This document shows, piece after piece, positions 12,215-24,734 of a stretch of DNA of 64,000 nucleotides. The translations under genes and the position numbers were made by a program. Origin of the DNA: Mobula birostris (lineage: Eukaryota); contig NC_092379.1 in the NCBI RefSeq assembly GCF_030028105.1, forward strand, positions 22,745,130-22,809,129. The letters run 5' to 3'. The first letter of the stretch is position 1, and each line of letters starts with the position of its first letter. Under the pieces are notes generated by a model. That model searched no databases and had not been told where the DNA came from. It saw only the letters and a program-made list of their open reading frames with translations.

Positions 12215-13883
12215 TCAGGAGCCTTTACAGTCTACTGCCACATTATCATTTCCCTCCTGTACATCTTGCATGTCATGTAAGCTGTAACAGTACATCATCG
12301 GTGTTTCTTTTTCCACTGGGCTTGATTCAGCAATTTCCAGGAGCATCGGGAAGCATTTTGTTGCGGCCTGCACTATAAGAGACTTGAGACACGGAAGAAA
12401 ACAGCACAAAACAATCGCACAGCTTACCAATACAATACCTACAGTTATCACTATCTTGGTCAGCCATGCTCCCCATCCCCCTAGTTTACTATCTAACCAG
12501 TCAAATAACTGATGTCCGAACCCTGCATTCTGTCTAACTTCTCTTCTCAGACTTTTCAATTTCTTCATTGCTCTGGTAAGTGATCCCTCCGTACTAGTGT
12601 TATTTGGTATAAAAGTACAGCACTGTTCTCCAAACATTACACAAACTCCTCCTTTTTCTGCCAACAGCCAGTCTAACACCTGTCTATTCTGCCACACCAC
12701 TCTACTGGTTGCATCCAGCTGTTGTCCTGGTGCCTCCAGCGCATCATCGGTGTAGTTAACGAATCTCTGTTGATTATAATATATATAATTTATCCATTCA
12801 ACATTTTTGCTAACCCCTATCACAGGTATAATCGCTTCCCAGCCAGCAGCAATCTCGTTTCTTGCCTTAAACTCGTTAGGTATACCTCTCGGCTGTCCTA
12901 TACTGTCGATTTGGATCATTGGATCAGGTTCATATTTTAGCCTCTTCCGCCGCAGTGTCTGCTACTTCGGAGTGCCAAATTGTACCTCGGGATACTACAG
13001 CTTCTTGAATCAGCATAACTCGTGGTGTACATGTACCTGCCCAACTAAGGGGAAGTGTGGAACTCAGGCCTTCCTCCATTCCATACAACCACCAAGTGTC
13101 CGCTAATGGAATGTCCTGGACATCCAACGCACCTTCCGGTGGAGGGGTACCTACTATGTATCTTCGGCCTGGGGTTACATACCAAGTCTGCACAAAGTTA
13201 CCCCTAAAATGGCCAACCGAAAAAGCACCTATCCGTGTAAAGCATTCATAATTCAAATGATTCTGCATTATCAGTTTTCCCACTATGGGGGTCTGACTTC
13301 TTTTACTAACAGTCCAGGGTCTGTTATAATTACATTTATGGGCGAGCACATTTTGATCGAATTGCAAGGAGGCTTGGGATAGCATACACCAATAAGGGCA
13401 ATATGGGCTGTTATCAATACATTTCTGAGAACAAGGATCCATCCCGCTACAAATTCCCATGCTGCAAGTCTTGACTACACTTGGACAGTGCCACGCACAC
13501 TGCCCCCTCTGCTCCTTTTGCCATTGTGTGCAGGTGGAGGGGTTATAAGGCATGGGGGCTACGTGTTGCATGGGCTTCGCCCTGGAGCACAGATAACAAT
13601 TCTGTCTCTCCATCATTCCTGCTGTGTATTGTGCCCATTGGTACCACTGGCTAGAACGCGTCTGTTGCCACTGCAATGAGGTAACTGTTGTGCTCCGCTT
13701 ACTCCTTTCTTTTAAGGTTTGCGGAGTCCTAACATTCCTATGTTATATCGGCCAAATTAATGGTTTCCAAGTCCATACAGGGGTTTGTGGGTGTATCATA
13801 CCAAGGGGCAAAACTGGTTGCTCCCAAGTCATCCTCACTGTCTGAAGGAGTACTACTATCCATAACCCCATCCTTTGGGTCAT
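12215..13883 (-). pseudogene. env: ERV env (SU + TM)
   Basis: Signal-like MGLWIVVLL overlapping the pol end in another frame; SU with CYLC (ORF 12930-13676); RRKR furin-like site near 12940-12951; TM ORF 12215-12919 with ISD QNRQVLDWLLAEKGGVC, CX6CC (CVMFGEQCC) and a hydrophobic anchor; one stop and one frameshift. Confidence 0.88.
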
Positions 13884-16800
13884 CAGACGGGTTCTCAAAC
13901 CCAAAAACTTCCCTTATGGTCTGATCAAACTCCTGTGGTACAGTGACAACTTCTTGTTCCTCTTGTCTGTCCCCTGCTATCCGTTCCTCTTCACCACTTA
14001 CCTTGGGCTTCACACCTGACTGTACCTGCGGGACTGCTCTGGTGCAGTGATTGAGATGGTACCAGGTGGAGCGTCCCTCTACTTGAACTGCGGTGGGTGA
14101 CGCCTTGGTTACCATAAAAGGTCCTTCCCTTCTTGGTTCGTTACACTTTCTTCGAAACGCTCGCACATAGACCTGATCTCCTGGCTTGATTGGTCTTTCC
14201 TTTTGCACGATCTCCGGCTCTTTCCGTTTTTCCTGTGCATTTATAGCCTTATGCAGCACGGTGAGTTGCTGCATGTATTGTTTTAGTTCTACTTCCAATT
14301 GTTCCAAGCTAGGCCCTTTATGTGGTCCTCTCCACTGGGGCACTGGCATGGGCCTTCCGGTTAGCATTTCATGCGGTTAGACATGTCACTCGATTAGTTT
14401 GCATGCGGTAACTCATTAACGCTAATGGCAGTGCGTCAATCCAGTTGAGTTTAGTACCCACACAAATTTTATTCAGTTTGGTATTTAGAGTCCCGTTAAT
14501 TCTTTCCACCATGCCCTGCGACTGAGGGTGATACACGCATCCAAACCTCTGCTTTATTCTTAGTGCTTGCAATACTAATTTGACCACTCTTTGGATAAAC
14601 GCTGAACCATTGTCTGAGCTGACTTCTGTAGGTATTCCGAATCTTGGGATTCCTTCGTTTGTCAGGAATTTTACCACTGTTCCTGCCCCTTGATCTTTCG
14701 AGGGTACTGCCTCTACCCATCTACTGAATCTGTCAATTACTACTAACATGTATCTTTTCCCTCTTACTGTCCTTATCATGTCTACGTAGTCAATCACTAA
14801 ATGTCTAAATGGCCCTTCGGGCACTGGTATATGACCTATTGGGGTTATAATTCCTTTCCGAACATTATTCTGTGAACATACCTCGCACTGCGACAGCACA
14901 TGGTCTACTGAAGCCTGTAAATAAGGTGACCAAAAACCCTCCTTTTTTATTTTCCTTATCACGTCCCTCCTTGCACAATGATCCATCCCATGCACGTATG
15001 CCGAATCAGTATAAATGTCTACTTTCTCACCTTCCATCATTTCACACACTGCTGTCAAGGCTTTGATTTCCGCTAATTGAGCGGAACACGGTTGGGGGCA
15101 AGGTTCCATTCTAATAGTTTTAAAACTTGTCTGATCCTGCTGCACTACTGAGAAACCTGCATGATTTCCATCATAATCCCTATAACAGGAGCCACCTACA
15201 AACAAAACCTTTTTATCTTCCTCTTCCAGTGGTTCGGATCGTAAATCTGCTCTCGATTTGGCAAATACCCTTGTTTCCCTTACACAGTCATGGGGTTCTC
15301 CTTCATGACCCAAGGGGACGTAATCAGCTATATTACTGCTAGTACATCTCTGTACAGTTATATCTGGAAATGTCAATAACATCTGATATGCTGTTATTCT
15401 GGCTAGTGTCAACACAAATTTACCTCTTTCCAGTAATTCTGTTACCTTGTGGTGTGTGTACAGGATCACAGGGTAGCCCATGGTCATGGATGATGCCTTT
15501 TCATAGGCATAGTATAATGCTGCTAATCCCTGATAAAGGGGGGGGGGGGGGGGGTACCCGAGCCACTTCATCCAATTTCGCACTATAGTATGCTATTGGT
15601 TGTTTTGCTTTTCCTGTGCCCGCCTCTTGTGTTAGAACCGCTGCGGCATAGCCTTCCTGCCGGCTGGATACATACAAATGAAAGTCCTTTTCATAGTCAG
15701 GCAAAGCTAACGCTGGGGCTGACTGCAATTCCTGTTTAATAGTATTAAACGCTATTTCTGCCTCCTCGTTCCACTGTAAGCCACATTTCACACTTGTATG
15801 TCCTGCCTCCTTCATTATTTTCCTTAATGGCATTACGATTTCAGCATATTCCCCAATCCAATCTGAACTGTATCCTGTTAGTCTTAAAAACGTCATCATC
15901 TGCTTTACTGTCTGGGGTTTAGGAGCTTTAGCTATTGCCACAATTTGACTCGGCGCTATCGCCTTCATTCCCTTGGAGATTACCCTACCTCGGTATTCTA
16001 CCTGTTGCTTACAGAATTGCAACTTCTTTTTGGATACCTTATGTCCCCCATACGCCAGTCTTTCTGAAAGGGTTACGGTATCCTGTTCACACTGCTCCTC
16101 ACTTTCGGAGCAAATTAACAAATCATCCACATACCGTATTAATGTACTTTCCAATTGTATACGCTCTAAGTCTGCCTTTAATACTTGATTAAAAATGTGC
16201 GGTGAGTGCTTAAATCCTTGTGGCATTCTGGTATAGGTATACTTGTTACCTCTGTGTGTAAATACAAATAAATACTGACACTGATCGGCCGGGGGAATGC
16301 TGAAGAAAGCTGAACACAAATCAATCACTGAAAAATAGCTTGATTCTGGCGGAACGTTAGTCAAAAGCGTGTGTGGGTTGGGGACTACGGCTGGCCAGTC
16401 CTCCACTACCTCATTTACCATTCGTAAATCATGTACCAGTCTCCATTTGGATTTGTCCGCTTTTAAGACGGGCAACAGCGGAGTATTACACGGACTATCT
16501 ATCCTCTTAAGTACGCCTGCTTCGAGCAACCCCTGTATCGTGGGCGCTATTCCCTCCTCTGCTTCTGGTCTTAGAGGGTATTGTGGTCTTCAGGGTGGAA
16601 CTGCTCCCTTTTTCAGTTTTATTTCTACCGGACTTGCTGTTTTTATTCTCCCTACATCCATGTCATGTTGCGACCACAGAATAGATGGTAACTGATCTAG
16701 CCTGTTATCTTTTCCCTGACCTTTCTCCTTTTACAACAGTGACATGTGCAGCTGAGGAATTACTTCGACCTCCTTTATAGTTCCTGTCATATCTATATCT

Positions 16801-17616
16801 ACCATTATTTTGATGTAGTTATTGTCTCCCGATGCCCATACCTCCGGCATGATTTTCCTCCAAACCATTACGGTTCCAGCGCGTTTTACTACGGATCCTA
16901 GGTCTCTAGACTGGTATCCTTCATTCACCAGCAATGTTATGTGGGGCACAGCCTCCGGTATTCTATACCATTTCTCCAAGAAGGTATTCCACCTGACTTG
17001 TAGGGCTGCCCCTTGCTTTCCAATTATTATAGCCTCTCCTCTTAGGTGCTGCCGGGTACATGTCCCCTTGTGCCATCTCTCCTCTAACTCTTTACTGAGT
17101 CTCGTCAAAAATCACTGTGCAATGTAACTCAGACTTAGGCACTTCCGCCTTGGGCAATATGGCCTGCACACCCTTTTTCCATTTTTCCCAGGTTTCCCCG
17201 ATCTGATCTTCTATGTCTCCTATCCAGAAAACATTAGCTTTCTTGATTTCCCGCACTAGTAGCTGAGTATTCGCTCTTTCCACACTCAACCCATTTCCAG
17301 TGCATTCTAATTTTAATTCTAGTTTTAATAGTGCATCTCTGCCTAGCAAATTCATCGGGGTTCCTTTGGACACTAATACTGGCAGAACTATTTTTTTACT
17401 GCCCATCCCCAACCGTACTGGAGCTGTATATTGTGTTAACTGTGTTTTCCCCGAGAACCCTACAGTCTTAAAACATTTTCCTGACATGGGAAGGTGAAGT
17501 GCATACTGTGGCTGTACACAGGTATACGTGGCTCCGGTGTCTATCATCATGGGTGTCAGTTGCCCTTCTAACATAACCTGAACAATGGGTTCCTCTTCCG
17601 CCTCCCTTGTTATCAC
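13738..17616 (-). pseudogene. pol: ERV pro-pol: protease, 2H phosphoesterase-like insert, RT, truncated RNase H, integrase
   Basis: IDTGA..LLGRD protease; LPQGF-like MPQGF and YVDD in RT; RNase H FVGGS..AQLAE..YTDSAY; integrase H..C..C, DYVD, SDNG, PQSQGMVER, GPF; several frameshifts. Confidence 0.93.
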
Positions 17617-17639
17617 TGGGTAATGTCCCTTCCCACCTG

Positions 17640-18661
17640 GGTTCTCTGGGTACCCCTAGCATCTTGCATAGGGGTTCACGCGTCCACCTGAGCCTGTGGG
17701 GGCTGGTCCTTGGCTAACCTGCGGTTCCCTTCTCATCGGCCCCTGTTGGTACGTGACGGGCCATAACCTGAGTGGACAGTCTCTTCTCATATGTCCTGGC
17801 TGGTTACACCCCCAACACAGCCCCTCTATCTCTCTCTCTGTTTTTCCCCTTCAAAGAACTCCTCTTCTCTCCCCTGTCTACACTCTCTTATACCCTCATA
17901 CTCATTACTTGACTCTTGCTCTTCTGATAAATCATCTTCTTTTTCAGCCTTTTCAGTGTTGTGTTCCTATAACAGGAATTCCTCCTGAATTTTCCTCAGC
18001 CTCAATTCCTGCAACTCTTTGATACGCTCTCTTATTATCTTACTTTCTCGTTCTACTTTTTTCTTATCTTCCTGCATCTCCTTCCACAGTGCCCCTCTCT
18101 CCTCCTCATATTTCCTTCTTTCCTCCTCGGCCTCCCAGACTTTAAACTTTCCCTCCAGTTCTAGTTCTCCTGTTAATACAGGGCACTGTTTAAGAGTCTC
18201 CTTCTCCTAATAACGGGGAGGGGTTTCTACATTTCTCAGGTCTGGGTATAGAGTCGGCTCTTTATTCGGTTTCTCCTGTGATTTACCAAACTGCTTTTCT
18301 TGTTTCTCAGTGTCTTCTTTACTTGCTATTGATATTCGTCCTTTCCTTCTCAATCTTTCTCCCTCCATCCTAAAGAGTTTTAACACTTCTATCTCCTGTT
18401 TTCTTTTTTTCTCCCTTTTTCAGATTTATCTCTTGGTTTATAATTTTTAGTCAGCGCCTCCATTTCCTGACATAAACTTACATCAAATGTTCCTTCTTTC
18501 GGCCACTTCGTGACCAGCTTTTTGGTTCTTTTTTCCCATTTTTCTGAAATTTCCACGATCTTACCTTGACACACCGGGAATATTCTACTCAATATTTCTA
18601 CTGCTGTTCCTTTCCCTGTCATATTGTTCTTCCCCTTTTTAAGGTATTCTTGGCGTCTCAT
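17640..18661 (-). pseudogene. gag: ERV gag: matrix, late-domain region, NC zinc knuckle; no capsid domain seen
   Basis: MA-like ORF 18389-18661 (KWPKEGTF); LYPDL and PPRY near 18200-18260; CWGCNQPGHMRRDC at ~17775-17820; stops and frameshifts. Confidence 0.8.
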
Positions 18662-19277
18662 ACCAAAGTAATACTATTTTCTGTTACCTATTTTCTTTCT
18701 AGCCTTATGGTTTCTTCTCACCCGCGTCTAAATTATCTACTTAAGCTATCCTTATCTTTTATTCTGTTCTGCCCGTGCAGACCCCTTTCTCGGGCAGTAT
18801 CTGCAGAACCTTCTTTTTGCACCTCGCCTATTCAGACCCTTAACTTTTCTTAAGGCGGTATTCATGAGGATTTTCTCTTTTCTTTCTTTCCCTGTCCGTT
18901 CAGACCTTCGTCTCGTACGAAGCGGCATCCAGAGGGACTTACCAACAGCACGTGGAATTTTCCTCACTTAACTTCTTATTACTTTATTCATACTTACCCC
19001 CCTCACTGCAGTGTTCTTGATTAATCCTCCGAGCCTCCTTTTTAACCCTCAATTCTGCCAGATTCTTTGAATCGGAGAGACCCTTCGGCAGTTGTTTCAC
19101 ACTTCTGAGTCCCCGAGATCTCCCCAAAAACCAACAGAATTCTTAGTCCAAATTGTGGCTAAGAAGCACTTACCTTTGTTCGGGTGCACTCTGAATTCTG
19201 TTAGCTCTGTGGAGGTCCCCCAGGGACCGGGAAGCGCCCTCAATTTGCTGTTTCATTCTTCCACGGGTCTCCTCCCG

Positions 19278-19296
19278 ATCCTGCTCGACTACACCA
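19278..19296 (-). promoter_or_regulatory. ERV primer-binding site, tRNA-Ser-like
   Basis: TGGTGTAGTCGAGCAGGAT, 4 nt from the 5' LTR; close to the complement of the vertebrate tRNA-Ser 3' end (TGGCGTAGTCGGCAGGAT). Confidence 0.75.
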
Positions 19297-19300
19297 GTTT

Positions 19301-19725
19301 TGTCGTGGTTTTACAAAGGACAAGGAAGCGCCGAAGATTCTTCAAGAGATGTTTAAACTTTAATTTGCAAAGTAAAGCTGAGACAGACAGTGGACTAGGC
19401 TGTGTAAGTCTGTCACTGACTGTCCATTTTTCGTTTTCACACAGCATTCTTTATAGCCCCCTTCTGCGTTAACAGCATTACTCTAGCTAATAAATCAATT
19501 ACTCTTATCTCTCTTGCTTAGCTACATTCGTTTTTCTCGAGGGGTTAAGAGTACACAGGTTTCATTCAATCGTTATATCCCAAATACCACAGCAATCCCA
19601 CACACTCAGTAACAGACACTTAATGCATTGTAAAGGCGTGGTCAATATCTGAATAAACACCGGATACGCAATAAAAACATACTTAAAAGAACACTTAGAA
19701 AACAGAGTTAAAATGTTTTCCCACA
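19301..19725 (-). repeat. ERV 5' LTR
   Basis: 425 bp, TG...CA ends, flanked by the PBS and the TSD CTCC. Confidence 0.95.
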
Positions 19726-21464
19726 CTCCAAGACCTGTCTGTTCCACAACACCCTTCAGGACCCTATTGTTCACTGTGGAAGTCCTACCTGGTTTAACTT
19801 TTCAAAGTATTACACCTTGAACTTCCCTGTATATAACTCTTTTTGCCACTTTTCAGTCCACTTATTCAGCGGAACAAGATCCCACTATAACTTTGATAAC
19901 CTTCACTCTTGACTTTACCACTTATTTTTCAGCGGACTACAATCAGTGTGAGCGGTCATTCACTGGGGATACAGCGCAAGGTTTAAAAAGAGCTCAGGTG
20001 TTTTCAGGACTTTACAACGGTTCATAACCAGCACAAGATGTCATTCGTTGGTGATGCAGTGCAAGGTTTAAAAAGAGATCAGATGCTTTTGGAACTTTAT
20101 GGTGGGCTGCAATCCATGTGAAAGGTCATTCGAGGGTGACACAGTGCAAGGTTTAAAAAGTGCTCAGGTTTTTTTGGGACTGCAGTCAATACAATCTAAT
20201 AGCCACTCGGCAGGGATGAATAAAAAGAAGCAAGGTGAAAGTGGAGTGGCCATTGTGTGAGTGAACAGTGTTAGAGTGGTCAGGTTTGATGAAACAGGCT
20301 TCCTTGAAAACTGGTTTGGGCAAACACAGTTCTAAGTAAGTTAATAGTAAGCATATTTTTTCTGTTAGTACACAGCCAGTTCTCTGACAATGGGTCCAGA
20401 GTTAATGAGATGTTCCTTCTGTAAGATGTGGAAACTTTGGGAGGCCTCCTGTCTCCCTGAGAACTACATCGGCATGAAGTGCACTGGGCTGCAGCTCCTC
20501 AGAGAAATTGGGTTAAGGAACTGGAGCTGCAGCTTGATGACCTTTGGTTCAAATGGGAAAATGAGGAAGTGATAGATAAGAGCCACCGGGAGGTAGTCAC
20601 CCCTAAGTTGCAGGAGGCAGATACTTGGGTGACTGTCAGGAGAGGGAAAGGGAATAGGTAGCCAGTTCAGAGTACCCCTGTGGCCATTCACCTCAATAAT
20701 AGGTATACTGCTTTGGATACAGTTGGAGGGGATGACCTACCAGTGCGCAGCCACAGCAAGATGTTCTCTGGCACTGAGTCTGTCCCAATGGCTCAGAAGG
20801 GATGATGGGGGTGTGGAAGGGGAGTGCAGCAGTGATTGACTATGGAATCCCCTGAGGAGCAGACAGCAGATTCTATGGATGTGAAAGAGACACACAGATG
20901 GTGTTGCTTCACAGGTGCCAGGGTCAGGGACGTCTCGGATCAGGTCAGGAGCATTCCAAAGGGGGAGGGTGAACAGCTGGAAGACATGGTATATATTATA
21001 CCAAAGACATAGGTAGGAAAAGGGAGGAGGTCCTGAAGAGAGAATATAGGGAGTTAGATGGAAAGCTGAAGAACTGGACCTCCAGGATAGTAATCACTAG
21101 ATTCCTGCTTGTGCCATGCACCAGTGAGGGTAACAATAGGATGAGTTGGCAGAAGAATTGGTGCAGGGGCAGTGTTTCAGATTTCTGGAACATTGTGATC
21201 TCTTCTGGGGAATGTAAGACCTGTACAAAAAGGACAGGTTACACCTAAACCAAGGGGGTCCAATATCCTTGCAGGCAGGTTTGCTAGAGCTGTTCGAGAG
21301 GGTTAAAACTAATTTGGCAGGGGATGGGAACCAGAGTGATAGGGCTGAGGATGAGGCACTTGAAGTCATGTTAAAGTGTAACATGGGCCAAAATCAAAAT
21401 GAGTGATGAATACAGGACTGAAGGTGTTATATTGGAATGCACACAGTATATGGAATAAGGTAAC

Positions 21465-21615
21465 ACTCACAACACGCTGGGATACATGCCAGTCCTGACG
21501 AAGAGTTCCAGCCCGAAACGTGGACTGATCTTTTCCACGGATGCTGCCCGACCTGCTGAGCTCGTCCAGCGTGTTGTGAGTGTTGTTTTGACCACAGCAT
21601 CTGCAGATTATTTTG
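21465..21615 (+). mobile_element. Penelope-like terminal repeat fragment
   Basis: Similar to 51690-51840 and to the reverse complement of 59095-59245; contains a hammerhead-like core. Confidence 0.6.
21490..21527 (+). ncRNA. Minimal type I hammerhead ribozyme-like motif, degenerate
   Basis: CAGTC-CTGACGA-[13 nt]-GAAA-CGTG-GACTG; stem I CAGTC/GACTG pairs; cleavage triplet is GTG rather than GTC. Confidence 0.55.
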
Positions 21616-21787
21616 TGCTTATATGGAATAAGGTCTTGTAGTACATTTAGAGAGTGGCAGGTATGTCGTTCTGAGCATCACTGAGTCGTGGCTGAAAGAA
21701 GATCTTAGTTGGGAGCTTAACATCCAAAGATACACATAGTATCAAAAGGATAGGCAGGTAGGCAGAGGGGATGAGGTGGTTCCGTTG

Positions 21788-22432
21788 ATGAATATCTGTT
21801 ATCTGTCAAGTAGGGGACCGTGCACAATCCTGATTTGATGGAGACAGACGTGAGAGTACGGAGGAACATCTGGAAATCTTCTGAAATTCCCGCTTCGCTA
21901 CCATTCCTACTGTGTGGTAACCAGAATCGCGGGAGCAGAAGGCCCCAAAATCCACGGCTTTGCTTGTTTCAGTGGCCGGGGCGAGTTTGAAGGCGCTTGG
22001 CAGAGGATGGCGCTCAGCAGGCTGTATCGGAGGGGCTGGTCAGAGGCTCGAAGTTTTTGAACAGATGGACTCGGTGTCGGCTGTGGTCGGCTGCTTCCAA
22101 GGCAACGGCAAGTTGACGATGCCAGGAGGTTTATGACAGGGAATTTCTCCCTTTTGCCGCCGCTATCGGGGACTCAGGAGTCGATCGACTCGGGGACTTC
22201 TGAGACTTTTTTTTACCGTGTCCATGGTTTGTTCTTCATCAAATTATGGTATTGTTTTCCACTGTTGTAACTGTATGTTATAATTACGTGGTTCTGTTAG
22301 TGTTAGTCTTTGGTTTGTCCTGCTTTCTGTGATATCACTCCGGAGAAACATTGTATCATTTCTTAATGCATGTATACATTTCTAAATGACAATAAAAGAG
22401 GACTGAGTGTTCTCATAATCTAAAAAAAAAAA
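21788..22432 (+). mobile_element. Unclassified non-coding retroposon (SINE-like) with A-tail
   Basis: ~645-bp insert splitting the CR1 endonuclease sequence; ends aataaaa...ctaaaaaaaaaaa; CpG-richer than its host. Confidence 0.55.
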
Positions 22433-24734
22433 TGAAATCAAATCCCTATAAAGAGGTGCCATAGTATGGGAAGATGTAGTATCATTGTAGGCAGAGTTAT
22501 GAAACTGCAAGGGTAAAAAGATCCTAATGGGAGTTATTCACAGGCCTCTGAACAGTAGCCAGGATGACGGCTACACATTTCATTGGGAGACAGGAAAGTC
22601 ATGTAAAAAGGGGAAAGTTACAATACCCATGGGGATTTTAATATGTAGGTAGATTGGGAAAATGAAGATTGTGCTGGATCCCAAGAGAAGAAATTTGTAG
22701 AATGCCTATGAGATTGTTTTTAGAGCAGCTTGTGGTTGACTCAAAAGTGGAACAGGAATTCTGGATTGGGTGCAAGGTAATGAACTAGAATTGATTTGGG
22801 AGCTTAAGGTAAAGGAGCACTTAGGAGTAAGTGATCATAATATAATGAAATTCAGCCTGCAGTTTGAAAAGGAGAAGCTAAAATCAGTATTACACTGGAG
22901 TAAAGGGAATTAAAGACACATGAGAGAGGACCTGGCCACAGTTGATTTGAAGGGGTCAGTAACAGGTGTGATGGCAGAACTGCAATGGCTGGAGTTTCTG
23001 GGAGAAATGTGGAAGGCACAGAAAAGTTGCATCCCAAGGATGAAGAAGTATTCTGAAGGGAGGATGAGACAACATAGCTATCAAATGAAGTCAAGGACAG
23101 CAAAAAGGAAAAGACAGGGCATATAATATAGCCAAAACAAACAGAAGGCTTCCTATCTGGCATGTGCTATATGTAGCTTGCACTGTTATGACTGTTGGTA
23201 CTGTGTTTTACACCTTGGCTCCGCAGAAATGCTGCTTTGTTTGTCTGTATTGATGGGCATTCATGCCCAGATGAATGATAATAAATTTGAACTTAAATTT
23301 GAAGGCAACTATAAAAGGAGATAAAGACAGAAGAGATGAAATATGAAGGTAAGCAAGACAATAACATAAAAGACGATGCCAACATTTTATTCAGATATGT
23401 ATCAAGTCAGTGAGAGACCAGAGTGGATATCAGACCACTGGAAAATTGTGCTGGAGAGGTAGCAAAGTAGGACAAAGAAATAGCAGGTGAACTTAGTAAA
23501 TATTTTGTGTCAGTCTTCACTGTGGAAATCACCAGCAGAATGCTAGAAATGCAAGAGTGTCAGGGAGCAGAAGTGAGTGTCATTTCTATTACTAAGGAGA
23601 AGGTGCTTGGGATGCTGAAAAGTCTGAAGGCACTTAAGTAGCCTGGATGAGATGGACAACACCTCAGGGCTCTGAGCGAGGTAGCTGAAGAGACTGTGGA
23701 GGCATTAGTAATGATCTTTGAACAATCACTAGATTCTGAAATGGTTCCAGAGGACTGAAAATTACAAATGTCACTCCACTTTTAAAGAAGGCACAGAGGC
23801 AGAAGAAAGGAAATCACATGCCAGATAGTTTATGGTTAGTGCAGGCACAGTAGTTAATGGTTCATACAGACTCGGTGGTTAATGGTTAGTACAGACTCAG
23901 TGTGATGATGGGCCTGTTTCTGTGCTGTGTCTCTCTATCTGCACAGGAAACAGTACAGACCGAGTACGGAAGCCCTTGTAAGTGTCCCCGGGACTAACCA
24001 TCAAGAGAGGTAAGTGTGACCCCACTGCAATCTGAAGGGGAATGCAGACCTGAATCCCCAGTGATTGATGTTCTTTCCCAGACACTGTCTACCTCACTGT
24101 TTTCTGATTTTATTTTCTGCACACTTGCACATTCTAATACAAAATGTGACTTCCTTGGGACTCAGCCCCCGTTCATCATCAAGAACTTTTGTGGCTCATT
24201 TGTGGACATGGTTGGTCTGCAATGCAAAACAATTGGACAATTTTATCCAAAAGCAACCACTTGCATTTACAGTGTGGCTTTAATATAGGAAATCATCAGA
24301 AGGTGTTTCACAGGAGCATAAATGAGACATCAGGTCATAGAAGGAGAGGGAATGGCAGGTGAGGAAGTGTCTGGTCAGAGGAGGAATCTGGAAGCAATGC
24401 CTCAGTCCAATGGGATGATGTGCTGAAATGGTTTGCACCACAATTTACTCACTCACTGAGACGTCAGACACAGAGAGATGGAAGAGTACAGGGAACCGAA
24501 ATGACATCCATAAGATGGATTTAAATTAAAGAGGAAGAGAAAGACACAGTACTGCAGGTTTAAATTCATTAGAATGAATCTGTGGGCTTTGTAGAGGAAG
24601 CCCCTCAGACAGAGTAATTGACAGTAGGACTGAACTCCCATATGAAGGAGAGTGAAAGGAAACTCCAGAATAATTTTAGAATGATTTCATGGCAAAAAAT
24701 CAGTAAAGTTCATGTAAATTATTTAATTCATTTA

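Larger units (their letters stand above)
11580..19725 (-). mobile_element. Endogenous retrovirus, class I (epsilon/gamma-like), two LTRs, gag-pro-pol-env, defective
   Basis: LTRs 11580-12005 and 19301-19725; 4-bp TSD CTCC (11576-11579, 19726-19729); PBS at 19278-19296; polypurine tract aaaggaggg at 12010-12018; recognisable gag, protease, RT, RNase H, integrase and env. Confidence 0.96.
19920..23820 (+). mobile_element. Degenerate CR1 LINE (5' UTR repeats, ORF1, endonuclease, start of RT) with nested insertions
   Basis: ~80-bp repeats in 19960-20170; ORF1 remnants 20390-21310 resembling 1351-2391; endonuclease and RT remnants 21410-23800. Confidence 0.75.
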
